DNA from: Thermoplasmatales archaeon
GTDB lineage: Archaea > Thermoplasmatota > Thermoplasmata > Thermoplasmatales > Thermoplasmataceae
DNA length: 64,000 bases
Assembly: GCA_027310185.1 (NCBI GenBank)
Contig: DAIDBH010000017.1
Location: 96,001-160,000 of the forward strand
Direction of reading: 5' to 3'
The translations under genes and the position numbers were made by a program. The notes under the pieces were generated by a model. The model was not told the DNA's origin. It searched no databases and saw nothing but the letters and a program-made list of their open reading frames with translations. How positions within the stretch are numbered: the stretch's first letter is position 1; the number at the start of each line of letters is the position of its first letter. This document shows, piece by piece, positions 42,096 to 52,234 of the stretch.

Positions 42096-44167
42096 GTTAC
42101 CACCACTCCTTTTTCATATTTCTGGATAAGCTTTGATACGTTGCGTCTCAACAGAAGTGAATTAAGAACCACGGATGTGGAACTCATCCCCATGGCAAGT
42201 GCTGAAAGTATGGGCAGAAATGAATAGATCGACAGGCCAAACAGTGGGACAAGTAACCCTCCGGCTACAGGGATTAATGCAGTGTTGTAACCAAACGCCC
42301 ATCCAATGTTCTGCTTGACCTTCCCTATGGTTTTTTTGCCTATGATCTTGGCATATACCACATCATTGAGATCGTTTTTGAGGAGTATAATGTCTCCACT
42401 CTCCCTTGCGATATCGGTGCCCGAACCCATGGCAATTCCGACATCGGCTGTTTCCAGAGCCACAGTATCGTTGATTCCATCTCCAGTGAAAATTACATGA
42501 TCCCCTGCTGCCTGATATTTCTTTATTATTTCTGATTTGTCTGCAGGAAGCACCTCGGCGTGAATATCATCGATTCCAAGCTGATTTCCCACTCTTCTTG
42601 CTTCTTCCATGGAGTCCCCGGTTATCATTGAAGACCTAATTCCCATGGATCTGAGGCCTTTTATGGCAGAAACGGCTTCCTTCCTGATGACGTAGGAAAG
42701 TGAAATGAACCCCCTTTCCTCGTTATCAACATTCACTGATACGGTCGATCCCCCTTCCTTCTTTGCTCTTGAGACCCTGATTTCCTTATCATTTACCCTG
42801 CCTGTAATCCCTACGCCGGGAATCTCCTTAATTTCCGTCGCTTCGAATAGAGGAATCTTCTTGTTCTCGGCCAACGCAACTATGGCTCTTGCGATTGGAT
42901 GGTTTGAGGCTGATTCAACAGAAGCTGCTAGTGCAATGACGTTTTCCTCAGAGTCGGCAGGAGAGACAGAAATTCCTGTAACCACAGGATCCGGCTCGGT
43001 AAGTGTTCCGGTCTTGTCAAAAACGGCCCGTGTTGATTTTGACAATCTATCCAGCGCACTTACATTCTTCACTATTATGCCGTTCTCAGAAGATACGTTG
43101 GACGAGATGAGTAGAGTAATTGGTCCAGCAAGGCCAATGGCACAGGGGCAGGCGACAACCACGACAGAAACAAAAGCAAGGATGCCTATTTCAAGCGCCA
43201 GCGGATATCCTACGCTTGAAAGATAGAAGTACCAGAAAAGCGAAGCCACAAGAGCGGATGAAATAACGATGGGAACGAATACCGAGGAGAAAACATCGGC
43301 AATTCTCTGAACTTTGACCCGGCCGGAACTCGCTCTCTGTATGAGTTCGTATATCTGACTCACCGTGCTGTCTTTTCCAGTCCTGGTTACGTTTATTCGA
43401 ATAACACCGTTAAGGTTCTTAGTGCCTGATGCCACAACCTGACCGGCGGACTTCAGAACAGGCTCCTGCTCTCCAGTGAGCATGGATTCGTCCACCTCGC
43501 TCTTGCCTTCATATATTATTCCGTCGACCGAGATCACCTCGCCAGGCTTTACTAATATTTTATCGCCCGGTCTTATCTCATCGGTCTTCTTGTCAGTGAT
43601 ATCACCAAGGCTGGCGATGTAGTGGACAACGTTAGGTATCATTCCAATTAGCTTGCTGGCTGCTCTGTTTGCCTTCACCTTTGTGAGGTTTTCAATGAAA
43701 TTACCTGTTAAAATAAGAGTCACGATGAAAGACGATGCATCAAAATACACCTCGGAAGGTGGAATTGAGCTTGGTCGAGCGATTGTTACATAGGCGGAGA
43801 ACACGAATGCAGTAAGAGTTCCCAAGGAAACTAGCAAATCCATGTTTGCCGATCTGCTCTTTAATGCATGATATGAACCCTCATAGAATCCGTAGCCGGA
43901 ATAGAATTGGACAGGCAACGTCAGGATGAGGAGAAGATAATTCAGGTAAAAAATGGAATGTGAAAAACCATATGTGATAACTATAACTGGTATAGAAAGT
44001 GACCACCCAACAATCAGTCTGCGCTTGAGCTTCCTGGCTTCGGTCTCAGGAGATGAGTACTTCTGCTGGCAGGTTTTTGAACAAAAATAGTATGTTTGCC
44101 CGTCGACTACCGACTTCAGGTCAGTATCCTCCGGTACAAACATTCCACACACTGGATCAGTTGGCAT
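42092..44167 (-). CDS. copA: copper-translocating P1B-type ATPase with N-terminal TRASH/YHS domain
   Basis: DPVCGM..YYFCS..C, TGE, CPC, DKTGT, HP, GDGIND, YN, MxxSS. Confidence 0.93.
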   Translation of the reverse strand: MPTDPVCGMFVPEDTDLKSVVDGQTYYFCSKTCQQKYSSPETEARKLKRRLIVGWSLSIPVIVITYGFSHSIFYLNYLLLILTLPVQFYSGYGFYEGSYHALKSRSANMDLLVSLGTLTAFVFSAYVTIARPSSIPPSEVYFDASSFIVTLILTGNFIENLTKVKANRAASKLIGMIPNVVHYIASLGDITDKKTDEIRPGDKILVKPGEVISVDGIIYEGKSEVDESMLTGEQEPVLKSAGQVVASGTKNLNGVIRINVTRTGKDSTVSQIYELIQRASSGRVKVQRIADVFSSVFVPIVISSALVASLFWYFYLSSVGYPLALEIGILAFVSVVVVACPCAIGLAGPITLLISSNVSSENGIIVKNVSALDRLSKSTRAVFDKTGTLTEPDPVVTGISVSPADSEENVIALAASVESASNHPIARAIVALAENKKIPLFEATEIKEIPGVGITGRVNDKEIRVSRAKKEGGSTVSVNVDNEERGFISLSYVIRKEAVSAIKGLRSMGIRSSMITGDSMEEARRVGNQLGIDDIHAEVLPADKSEIIKKYQAAGDHVIFTGDGINDTVALETADVGIAMGSGTDIARESGDIILLKNDLNDVVYAKIIGKKTIGKVKQNIGWAFGYNTALIPVAGGLLVPLFGLSIYSFLPILSALAMGMSSTSVVLNSLLLRRNVSKLIQKYEKGVVVT

Positions 44168-44178
44168 GTTTATTCTCC

Positions 44179-44319
44179 TTACCTGCTATATTTCAGGGGA
44201 TTCTTGTCGAATTCTTCCTTGCAGTGGCTGCTGCAGAAGTAGAACGTTTTTCCCTGAAACTCACTCTTCAGGTCAGTGTTCTCTTTCACTTTCATTCCGC
44301 ATATCACATCTGTTGCCAT
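44179..44319 (-). CDS. TRASH/YHS-domain metallochaperone (CopM-like)
   Basis: MATDVICGMKV...FYFCSSHCKEEFDKNP.KY, directly upstream of copA. Confidence 0.85.
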   Translation of the reverse strand: MATDVICGMKVKENTDLKSEFQGKTFYFCSSHCKEEFDKNPLKYSR

Positions 44320-44394
44320 AGTTATGAATTGTGATGCGATACATATATTATTACCATTCATAATGTTAAAGTAGTTGAGTAAAATCATTACATT

Positions 44395-44934
44395 ATGAGA
44401 AGAAACATTTCTGAATTGGAACAGAGACTCATATTATTACTCAAGAGAAATTCCAGGATGAGTATAGTTGACATAGCAAGGGAACTGGGTACAAGCAGGC
44501 TTACAGCCAAGAAGGCTCTGGACTCCATAGTATCAAGCGGAAGGATCAAAAAATTCACAATCTCTCTTGCCGATGAAGAAATAGATATGGTTCTTGTATA
44601 CACCGACAATTTAGAGAATATACCAGAAAATATTATCCTGGAACGCTTCTGTTTGATAGATGGATCCTATATGATAATCCTGTACTATGAGGACCTTATA
44701 AAGATAAAGAAGGCAAACATAAAAAGAGTTGAAATAGCAACCTCCAGGGAGGTGAATGAAAACATGACCAGGGCGGAAGGCATCCACTGCGATTACTGCA
44801 GAAAGGAGATCAAGGACAATCCGATCTCATTAGAAATAAGGGGAAAGACATATTATGTGTGCTGTCCGAACTGTGAGAGAGACCTTAAGAAAAGAGGAGA
44901 GGTAATTCTCGAGGAAAATTCCGGACATCAGTAG
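44395..44934 (+). CDS. Lrp/AsnC-HTH + TRASH copper-responsive regulator (CopR/CopT-like)
   Basis: N-terminal L..NSR.S..DIA.ELG HTH; C-terminal CDYC...YY.CCPNC; divergent from copM-copA. Confidence 0.85.
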   Translation: MRRNISELEQRLILLLKRNSRMSIVDIARELGTSRLTAKKALDSIVSSGRIKKFTISLADEEIDMVLVYTDNLENIPENIILERFCLIDGSYMIILYYEDLIKIKKANIKRVEIATSREVNENMTRAEGIHCDYCRKEIKDNPISLEIRGKTYYVCCPNCERDLKKRGEVILEENSGHQ

Positions 44935-45065
44935 AAACAAATACAGATGAAAAGGGGCATGAGGTATTTCCACTCAAACTGTTCTCATAATGTTTAGTAC
45001 ATTGTAGTGTTCTGGACAGTTTGGGCAGTTATATTATAAATAACTGAGAAGAATTATAATTAATT

Positions 45066-45479
45066 ATGAATGGGAAAAGAGATTCCCCTACCGGGAGGGG
45101 TTCGCTGTTTGACAGGTCTGAAAATGACCAGACGGGCAGAAATTCCAACATTTCAGAATTAATATCTGTTGGGAAGGGGAATGTTGAATTGGGAAATGGG
45201 GTGGTAAAGATTGCAGAAGGAAAATATCTCGTCTTGGAGTTGAGCGAAGAAAAGGGCCCTTGCCCCGATAATATGTGCCAATTGAAAGCTGAAATTAATA
45301 TAAGAATTCTTGGCAGCATCAATGATCCATCCTCATATGAAATAATCAGAACAGATAAATTCACGTTGGCCATAAGCAAAGCTGTATGGCATGCTATAGA
45401 TAAAGGCAGGCAGGGTATTTCCATCAGGAAAGGAAGATTTGGTAATCTCAGCGTAAAGGGATTCTCACTAACCTACTGA
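45066..45479 (+). CDS. hypothetical protein
   Basis: ORF co-oriented with downstream cluster, CxxxxC motif. Confidence 0.5.
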   Translation: MNGKRDSPTGRGSLFDRSENDQTGRNSNISELISVGKGNVELGNGVVKIAEGKYLVLELSEEKGPCPDNMCQLKAEINIRILGSINDPSSYEIIRTDKFTLAISKAVWHAIDKGRQGISIRKGRFGNLSVKGFSLTY

Positions 45480-45603
45480 CAACTCTCTGCTCTTTTGTAC
45501 CCCACATAGAAGACGAATGGTCTCACTCTATAAGGTAACTTATCATTGTGTATGCATATACTTACCAAAATTTACAGATTGAATAAGGCATTGTTTTATA
45601 CAT

Positions 45604-45813
45604 TTGCATAATTTCGTAAATATGTCTTGTGGATGTATGAAGAATGCAGGAAATGATATGGGAAAGCAACACATGCACAGCCACGGTGGTGAGGAAAACC
45701 TCCCAGCAGACGATACTAAATCTGCACTGGGCATACTGAATGAGAGGTATGCAAGAGGAGAAATCGCAAAGGAAGAGTATTTAAGCATGAAGAATGAAAT
45801 TTTGTCAAGGTGA
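45604..45813 (+). CDS. SHOCT-domain protein with His-rich N-terminus
   Basis: ALGILNERYARGEIAKEEY SHOCT motif; HMHSH. Confidence 0.75.
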   Translation: MHNFVNMSCGCMKNAGNDMGKQHMHSHGGEENLPADDTKSALGILNERYARGEIAKEEYLSMKNEILSR

Positions 45814-45817
45814 AATA

Positions 45818-46216
45818 ATGGCAACTGAATACAGAGTCAAATCAAAGCATTCCTTCGATGAGGTGTGTGACAAGATAAGAGAGATCGTACCACCAAATGG
45901 TTTCTCAATACTATCTGAGATCAGGACAAGCGACATCTTGAGGTCAAAGGGATTTGAATATCCTAATCTCAGAACGTTTGATATTTGCAATGCCGGTTAC
46001 GCCAACAGGGCACTTTCTCTTGACACACGGGTTGAAACAATTATTCCATGCCATTTGATAGTAAAGGAAGCAGAGAATCATACGGAAGTATCTGTTCAGC
46101 TGCCCAGAGAAATGTTTGACTCCCTCCACACGGAGGAATCTGAGGAAATGGAGAGTTTCATGAGCGAAGTTGAAGCAAAACTTAAGGGTATTGTGGATTC
46201 ATTCGCTGATGAGTGA
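45818..46216 (+). CDS. DUF302 family protein
   Basis: GFSILSEI, ICNAGYA, IPCHL; paralog of 11185-11571. Confidence 0.8.
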   Translation: MATEYRVKSKHSFDEVCDKIREIVPPNGFSILSEIRTSDILRSKGFEYPNLRTFDICNAGYANRALSLDTRVETIIPCHLIVKEAENHTEVSVQLPREMFDSLHTEESEEMESFMSEVEAKLKGIVDSFADE

Positions 46217-47034
46217 AGAGTGTATTACTTGACTTTACAAAGTTTATTGAGGTGTCCGGCGTGAATGATAACGATTGGATAAGCACAGTTTTATCTTCGC
46301 CCTTCATGAAAATAATGGCGGACAGTCTCAACAGGTCTAGCAATGAGATGGATCCAAGGGCAACACCGCTATACAAGGCAGTGATCGGACATGTCGGCCC
46401 TGAACGCACAGTTATCGACATAGGCGCAGGCGTCGGTAGATTTGCCATCCCTCTTGCACAGGATGGAATAAAGGTAACCGCAGTTGAACCCAGTGATGAG
46501 ATGCGCAGACATCTGAAGGAGGCTATAGCAAGCAGTGGTCTATCGTCCGGAATAAATGTAGTCCCGTCTTCGTGGCCTGTAGATAAGGCCCTGACCGCGG
46601 AGGTAGTCTTCGCATCATTTGTCATTCAGTTCTCCAAAAATCCTATGGAATTTATCCATGCCATGGAAAGGTCTGCAAGGAATCAATGTATACTGTCTGT
46701 TCATGTGGACCAGCCACTTGAGTTTTTAAGAAATATCTGGCAAGTTTTCCGTCCTACAGAACCCGTGCCTGTGATGCTCACTTTTTCTGATCTTTATCCA
46801 ATGCTCCTGAACATGGGCATCATAGCCAATGTTGCGATTATAGAGGAAAAGCGTATGTCCAGGCCAGTGATGGAACCTGCCAAGATCATTACACTGCTTT
46901 CCGACCTCCTGAGTATCAGGGATAAGCCTGCAGACATGCAACGACTGAAGGAAATCCTGGAGGGCATGAGAAGCCGGATTCAAGAGCCACCTTCCATGAG
47001 AACTGCCATTGTCTCATGGCAGCCCAGGAGATGA
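46213..47034 (+). CDS. class I SAM-dependent methyltransferase
   Basis: VIDIGAGVGRFA, AVEPS..M. Confidence 0.85.
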   Translation: MKSVLLDFTKFIEVSGVNDNDWISTVLSSPFMKIMADSLNRSSNEMDPRATPLYKAVIGHVGPERTVIDIGAGVGRFAIPLAQDGIKVTAVEPSDEMRRHLKEAIASSGLSSGINVVPSSWPVDKALTAEVVFASFVIQFSKNPMEFIHAMERSARNQCILSVHVDQPLEFLRNIWQVFRPTEPVPVMLTFSDLYPMLLNMGIIANVAIIEEKRMSRPVMEPAKIITLLSDLLSIRDKPADMQRLKEILEGMRSRIQEPPSMRTAIVSWQPRR

Positions 47035-47768
47035 GAATTATGGAACGAATAGATACGGGAAAGGCGAAATCGGACAGGGGTTTTGCATCCGTAACCACCA
47101 TTGTTTCTGTCATCATTATTGCAGTCCTAGTCTTCGCCGCAATATCAGCGGCTGCGTTTGTAATGTACGGTTCTGGAATTGGCGGCTTTGGCTCCGGGGG
47201 GCCTGGAGGCGGTGCCAATTCTATCTTCATAGTGAACAATACATCATTCAATAGGATGAATTCAGTTCCAGCAGGTGTTGCCGTCAACAACAGCAGCAAT
47301 ACCATAAACGTGACTTCGAAGAGCGTAACCCTCATCGTTGAGGCTGCACCCACATGGTACCCCGGGCAGGGGGATTTCTGGTTAATTTATGGACTGGCCA
47401 ATCCAAATATAGTGATCAGGGAGGGCACCACGGTTCATTTTGTGTTCATAAACATGGACAACATTACTCACATGCCTGCTATCACCACCAACAGTCCGCC
47501 ATATAGCTACATGCCTATGCAGGGCAACATGATGGGATCTGGTACGGATTCAGGCTCCGGAATGATGGGATACCAAGGCGGTGGTAACGGTAGCTGGCTT
47601 GCAATAGGTCCCATGCTACCTGGAACTTCGGCGAATGCCAATGATCAGGCATACGCTGCCTCAAACCTAACGGTGACATTCAGTTCCAGTGGGAACTACT
47701 ACTACATATGCCTCATTCCGGGGCATGCACAGATGGGTATGTACGGAGAGATTTCCGTTCAAGGATAA
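47031..47768 (+). CDS. membrane-anchored rusticyanin/sulfocyanin-like blue copper protein
   Basis: N-terminal transmembrane helix; type-1 Cu ligands H...YYYICLIPGHAQMGM; Met/Gly-rich insert. Confidence 0.85.
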   Translation: MRIMERIDTGKAKSDRGFASVTTIVSVIIIAVLVFAAISAAAFVMYGSGIGGFGSGGPGGGANSIFIVNNTSFNRMNSVPAGVAVNNSSNTINVTSKSVTLIVEAAPTWYPGQGDFWLIYGLANPNIVIREGTTVHFVFINMDNITHMPAITTNSPPYSYMPMQGNMMGSGTDSGSGMMGYQGGGNGSWLAIGPMLPGTSANANDQAYAASNLTVTFSSSGNYYYICLIPGHAQMGMYGEISVQG

Positions 47769-47782
47769 GGAGAAGAGAGATT

Positions 47783-48361
47783 ATGTCACAGCAACAGGAT
47801 AGACACTTCAGACCGGGAATAATGCTTTTTCCCATCAGAAAATACATGTCAAGACCCCAACACGATTTTATAAATACCAACGTGAAACGTGGTATGACCG
47901 CGCTCGATCTTGGAAGCGGCCCCGGATTCTTCACGACCATGCTATCGGAAGCGGTAGGAATAAACGGCACTGTTCATGCGGTGGATGGTGATAAAGCCGC
48001 TGTGACGCGACTCCAGAACAGGGCTGGTGCACTTGGCATGGTGAACATCAAGGCATACGCTTCTTCTGCAGCCAGTATTCCATACATACAAAGCAAATCA
48101 ATAGATGTTCTCTTTTCAAACGGCCTCCTCTGCTGCATGCTTGACCACAGGGGGGCAGTGGATGAGATGATGCGCGTTATGAAAACAGGCTCAAGAGGTT
48201 TCATCAGCGTAGCCAAGTTGTTCAGGAAAGATGGCCTTGGCGTTCCAAAGGATGAGTGGAAGGAAATCACGAGATCATTTGATGTGGTAGATTCAGGATC
48301 ATCAGTCGTGATGGATTGGGTAGTTGTTTCTAAGCCCGGAGATGATAAAAATGAATTATGA
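47783..48361 (+). CDS. class I SAM-dependent methyltransferase
   Basis: ALDLGSGPGFFT, E..RV.K.G. Confidence 0.85.
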   Translation: MSQQQDRHFRPGIMLFPIRKYMSRPQHDFINTNVKRGMTALDLGSGPGFFTTMLSEAVGINGTVHAVDGDKAAVTRLQNRAGALGMVNIKAYASSAASIPYIQSKSIDVLFSNGLLCCMLDHRGAVDEMMRVMKTGSRGFISVAKLFRKDGLGVPKDEWKEITRSFDVVDSGSSVVMDWVVVSKPGDDKNEL

Positions 48362-48830
48362 CGCAACGAGAAGAAACCGCATGGGCACCACGTCAAGATT
48401 AGGTGTGAACCTGATACTGCTGGAATTCTTTTTGCTGATTATTCAGTTCGTAATCGGAATGTGGATGAATCTTTTTGCCGTATTCCCATCCTTTGGTCAA
48501 TCTTTTTTCATGTATGGAATGATGCAGGTAATGTTTTCCGTACCGGAACTCATGGTTCACATGATGCTAGGAATTTTTATCGGACTGGTGTCCTTGATGA
48601 TTTTCTTTGTATTTGCAATGGCGGGTGACTACAGGCTTTCAGCGTTAAGCGCCGTGGCATCCATATCCATACTCACCGCCGGCATCGGAGGCCTTGAATT
48701 CTTGTTCTCCGGATTTACGAACAACATATTCTCTTTCCTCATGTCCTTAGGGTTCATTTTTACCATTGTCGCCTATGCCTCTATATTATACATGATTTCC
48801 AGCAGTGATCGACGAACCGGAACTCCATAA
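48351..48830 (+). CDS. hypothetical multi-pass membrane protein
   Basis: QF..GM..NLF, H...G; about 4 transmembrane helices. Confidence 0.65.
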   Translation: MNYDATRRNRMGTTSRLGVNLILLEFFLLIIQFVIGMWMNLFAVFPSFGQSFFMYGMMQVMFSVPELMVHMMLGIFIGLVSLMIFFVFAMAGDYRLSALSAVASISILTAGIGGLEFLFSGFTNNIFSFLMSLGFIFTIVAYASILYMISSSDRRTGTP

Positions 48831-48832
48831 AC

Positions 48833-49906
48833 ATGCAAAATTTTTTTAAAAGACTTCTGGCATTATTTCTTGTTGCGGCGTCAAGTTTTGTTCTTTCATA
48901 TATATATTCAGAAGACCTTTACCTGAAGCTCGGTTCCGGTACGTTGGGCATCTTTTACGCAGAATTTTCTATAGGTACTATACCATTAATATTTTACCTG
49001 TTCATTTGGTGGAGAAAACACAAATACCAAGAGGAGGACAAGTTCATTCATTTTTTAAGAATTTCATTCGGCTACTTGTGGATTCTTGACGCACTCCTGC
49101 AGATGCAACCCGGGATGAACGAATACTTCGCTGCAATGATAATTGCCCCTAACATCAGCGCAGGGGGAATAACCGGCTATGTTTCAACCTTTGCCCTTTC
49201 TTTGTGGAATATGCATCCTGTTGTGTTTGATGTTGCATCTTCCCTGATCCAGTTATATATAGGTGGAGTTCTTTTAACACAAAATAGAGGAAAGATATAC
49301 TCTTTAACACAAATGATAGCCATATTATGGGGATTTTCCATCTGGATTTTTGGAGAAGGATTCGGAGGCACTTTCGGTTCGGGAGCTACCATTCTTACCG
49401 GGTTTCCGGGCTCTGTATTAATCTATGTCTACGCATCTCTAATACTCCTTCTATCATCGAAAAATCGCGGAGGAATGATACGTAAATCATCTTATTTTTT
49501 CGGAGGCCTGATATTCATACCATCATTAATTGTACAACTTATGCCGTCTAATGGCTATTTGGGGAACATGTCAGTGATATTTATGCCGATGCCGTCTCCA
49601 TCGGGAATACTGAATTTTGCAAATGAATTTCAGTATTATTTCACCCAATCGCCAGTATGGCCAGACATTGTGACTCTTTTTCTTATTCTGGCATCTGCCG
49701 CTGGATGGATACTTGGAAAGTCCTATGGCTATGTTTTTTCTGGCATTCTTGCATCCTTTTCGTGGATAGTTTTCCAGGGTCTTGGTATACTGGGAATCTT
49801 GAGTACAGACCCAAATACCGGCCTGCCCATGTTAATAATAAGCATCTTCTTCTATCTCTGGACTAAAGAATATTTCACGTCAAGCAATGGGTTGACAAAT
49901 GATTAA
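48833..49906 (+). CDS. multi-pass membrane protein with DoxX-like domain
   Basis: LRI.FG.LW.LDALLQ.QP, W.FGEGFGG, TDPNTG; shares motifs with 41541-42095. Confidence 0.65.
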   Translation: MQNFFKRLLALFLVAASSFVLSYIYSEDLYLKLGSGTLGIFYAEFSIGTIPLIFYLFIWWRKHKYQEEDKFIHFLRISFGYLWILDALLQMQPGMNEYFAAMIIAPNISAGGITGYVSTFALSLWNMHPVVFDVASSLIQLYIGGVLLTQNRGKIYSLTQMIAILWGFSIWIFGEGFGGTFGSGATILTGFPGSVLIYVYASLILLLSSKNRGGMIRKSSYFFGGLIFIPSLIVQLMPSNGYLGNMSVIFMPMPSPSGILNFANEFQYYFTQSPVWPDIVTLFLILASAAGWILGKSYGYVFSGILASFSWIVFQGLGILGILSTDPNTGLPMLIISIFFYLWTKEYFTSSNGLTND

Positions 49907-49939
49907 ATAAATTGCTGTAATATATATGCAAGAGGTAAA

Positions 49940-50791
49940 ATGAGCAGTAACCAGGGTAACACGCCATATAGGGATCTCCTTACGGCTTCAATATACTGGA
50001 TAATACTTGGTATATTCCTGTATTCATATTTCCAGACGAGAAATCCCCTATCGCTGTCCGTTGCGACGGACAGGGTGGTTGACGCTTTATCCATTTCATT
50101 CATTTTCCTAGTGAACAGAATAGCGCGAAAACCTGGTGATGAATATCACTCCTATGGTTTCCACAGAGTTGAAGTTATACTGAATGCAACAGTCATCCTC
50201 CTTTTCGTGGCTATGGCTATTTACTCAGCATTAATGACCACTCAGCTTCTTCTGACAAACGCAATCAGATCACCGGCCTCTACGGTTGTATCCTCAATTG
50301 TTGCCGTTCCATTGCTTTTGCTGGCGGCGTTTACCATGCAGAGAGATAAGAAATCAAACTTCAGGGTTATGTTCATACACACCCTCCAGGACCTTGAAAT
50401 AATATTAGTCACACTGGTGTTCTCTCTTGCTTCAGAATATTTTATCGGGCCATCGTTGAGTTATATTGGAAGCTATGCAGTTATCCTGATCATACTGTAT
50501 GGAAACAGGAATATGTTCAGAAGAAATTTCAACATGCTCATGGAAGGTTCGCAGGTAAGTGTAAGGGAAGTTGAGGACAGGATCAAGAAAGAGTTTCCGA
50601 ATGCGCACCACCTTCACATATGGGACATCTGCCAACACCAGAGAGTTGCTACTTTACATCTTAGTGTTCTTCCATGCACGAAGATCGGTGAACTTGATAA
50701 AACTAATGCTGCTATTAAGAGTCTGCTTTCAACGTATGGGGTTAATCATGTCACGATCCAGTTTGAATCAGCAGACCCCACAAAATCTTGA
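49940..50791 (+). CDS. cation diffusion facilitator (CzcD-like) transporter
   Basis: SYG.HR.E, N.R..F.H...D, LMEG, HHLHIW, H.TIQFE. Confidence 0.88.
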   Translation: MSSNQGNTPYRDLLTASIYWIILGIFLYSYFQTRNPLSLSVATDRVVDALSISFIFLVNRIARKPGDEYHSYGFHRVEVILNATVILLFVAMAIYSALMTTQLLLTNAIRSPASTVVSSIVAVPLLLLAAFTMQRDKKSNFRVMFIHTLQDLEIILVTLVFSLASEYFIGPSLSYIGSYAVILIILYGNRNMFRRNFNMLMEGSQVSVREVEDRIKKEFPNAHHLHIWDICQHQRVATLHLSVLPCTKIGELDKTNAAIKSLLSTYGVNHVTIQFESADPTKS

Positions 50792-50976
50792 ATACTGCCA
50801 TTCGATTGAGCCACCTCTGGCTGGGGCAGTTAATAGCTTCTGATGGGAGTGAATGCAATTATTCCTACTGCAACGGTAAGTATGATCCTCGTCAGGTAGT
50901 CTACATATTTTAGATGTATTTTTTCCCAGGGCTTTGGAGGGCCCACTTGAAGAGACATAGTTCATCAGGATTCAGA

Positions 50977-51015
50977 GTATTCCCTTAAGACATTAATCAA
51001 ATCCCGACCGGTCCA
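50977..51015 (+). repeat. 39-bp cassette/att site
   Basis: GTATTCCCTTAAGACATTAATCAAATCCCGACCGGTCCA (36/39 to consensus; last 19 bp identical to tRNA 39569-39587). Confidence 0.95.
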
Positions 51016-51162
51016 TTTTGTCTAAATATATTAGTGGATCTTTACATTTATTTTAATATGGTCAAAACATATTAACAGGATTGTAGAGAAAATGACTCTC
51101 TGCTTCTTCTAGCGAGTTTAAGTGAGAAGAAGTTATTATAAATGTTTAGGATATGGACATGT

Positions 51163-51699
51163 ATGCAGAGATTGGATCTTCTTAAATTGCTTATTTATGC
51201 TAGGGGGTCAACAATGCGGGACAACGAGAGCATCCCATCAAAAACTCACCTTCAGAAGGAAATGTTTATTCTCCTGAAAGAGACAATTTTCCAAAAGGCG
51301 GATGGGTACATATTCGTACCGCATTATTATGGACCGTTTTCCCGCGAACTTGACATCGATCTAAATGAGCTATTAGCGTCTGGTCTTATAAATGATTCGG
51401 ACGGTTTTACCCTTACTCCAGTCGGCTTCAAGGATACCCGAGCACTTTGGAACAGCCAGGATCAGGCTCACAAAACAGCACTTTCAAGAATCAAAGAAAG
51501 ATACAATAGATTAACCTCAGAGAAACTCTTGGACTATGTGTATGAAAAATATAAGAAATATACTGTAAAATCTGCTGTAATACTCGAGAATCTTTATAAT
51601 TACTTCGATTCGTTTGCACTAGAAAATAATGTTACAGTCGATGATCTGGATAGAGCATTCAGCAGAATTAGGCATCCCATAAATGAAAATTGTAACTGA
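51163..51699 (+). CDS. putative antitoxin, SocA/Panacea (DUF4065)/YwgA-like
   Basis: THLQKEMF, F.PHYYGPFSREL..DL..L; overlaps downstream PIN gene. Confidence 0.6.
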   Translation: MQRLDLLKLLIYARGSTMRDNESIPSKTHLQKEMFILLKETIFQKADGYIFVPHYYGPFSRELDIDLNELLASGLINDSDGFTLTPVGFKDTRALWNSQDQAHKTALSRIKERYNRLTSEKLLDYVYEKYKKYTVKSAVILENLYNYFDSFALENNVTVDDLDRAFSRIRHPINENCN

Positions 51700-52123
51700 T
51701 TCCAACGTATTTTTTCGAGCGATTCTTGGCCGAAAAGTTGGAACTGCAAGTAAGATGGTGATCCAACTGATCATAGATGGCAAAGTTACATCTTACACCA
51801 GCGATGTCTTAATGGGAGAAATGGGGAGGATAGTTAAGAGTGATCCAAAACTAAGTAAAATCGATCCTATCTATTTTCGGCAATTTGTGGACGATGTTGA
51901 CAGTTGGCTTAGTTACGTTCCCATGAAAAACTTGGAGCATGACCAGAAAATGCTAAACAGGATCGGAAATGATTGGTACCTTATTGCGATAGCCAGAAGC
52001 ATCCATGCCGATTACATTATCACTTACGATAAAGATTTGATTTCCATGAAAGGAGAATTAAGAAACCGTGACGATGTCGAGGTTTTGACTTCAGAAGAAT
52101 TTATTGAAAAATATAAAAAATAA
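51683..52123 (+). CDS. PIN-domain toxin
   Basis: MKIVTDSNVF, ND.YL, ADYIITYDKDL. Confidence 0.85.
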   Translation: MKIVTDSNVFFRAILGRKVGTASKMVIQLIIDGKVTSYTSDVLMGEMGRIVKSDPKLSKIDPIYFRQFVDDVDSWLSYVPMKNLEHDQKMLNRIGNDWYLIAIARSIHADYIITYDKDLISMKGELRNRDDVEVLTSEEFIEKYKK

Positions 52124-52195
52124 ATACCGTCTGGAAAGATTCAATGGGTAACCCAGTAAAGCCAGTTTATTGTGTCTTATCATAGATTTACCATC

Positions 52196-52234
52196 GTATT
52201 CGCTTAAAACTTTAATCGAATCCCAACCGGACCA
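52196..52234 (+). repeat. 39-bp cassette/att site
   Basis: GTATTCGCTTAAAACTTTAATCGAATCCCAACCGGACCA (36/39). Confidence 0.93.

Noticed and set aside
50997-51015. Additional tRNA genes at the repeat copies
   Set aside because: Only the last 19 nt match; there is no D arm, anticodon arm or 5' acceptor strand.
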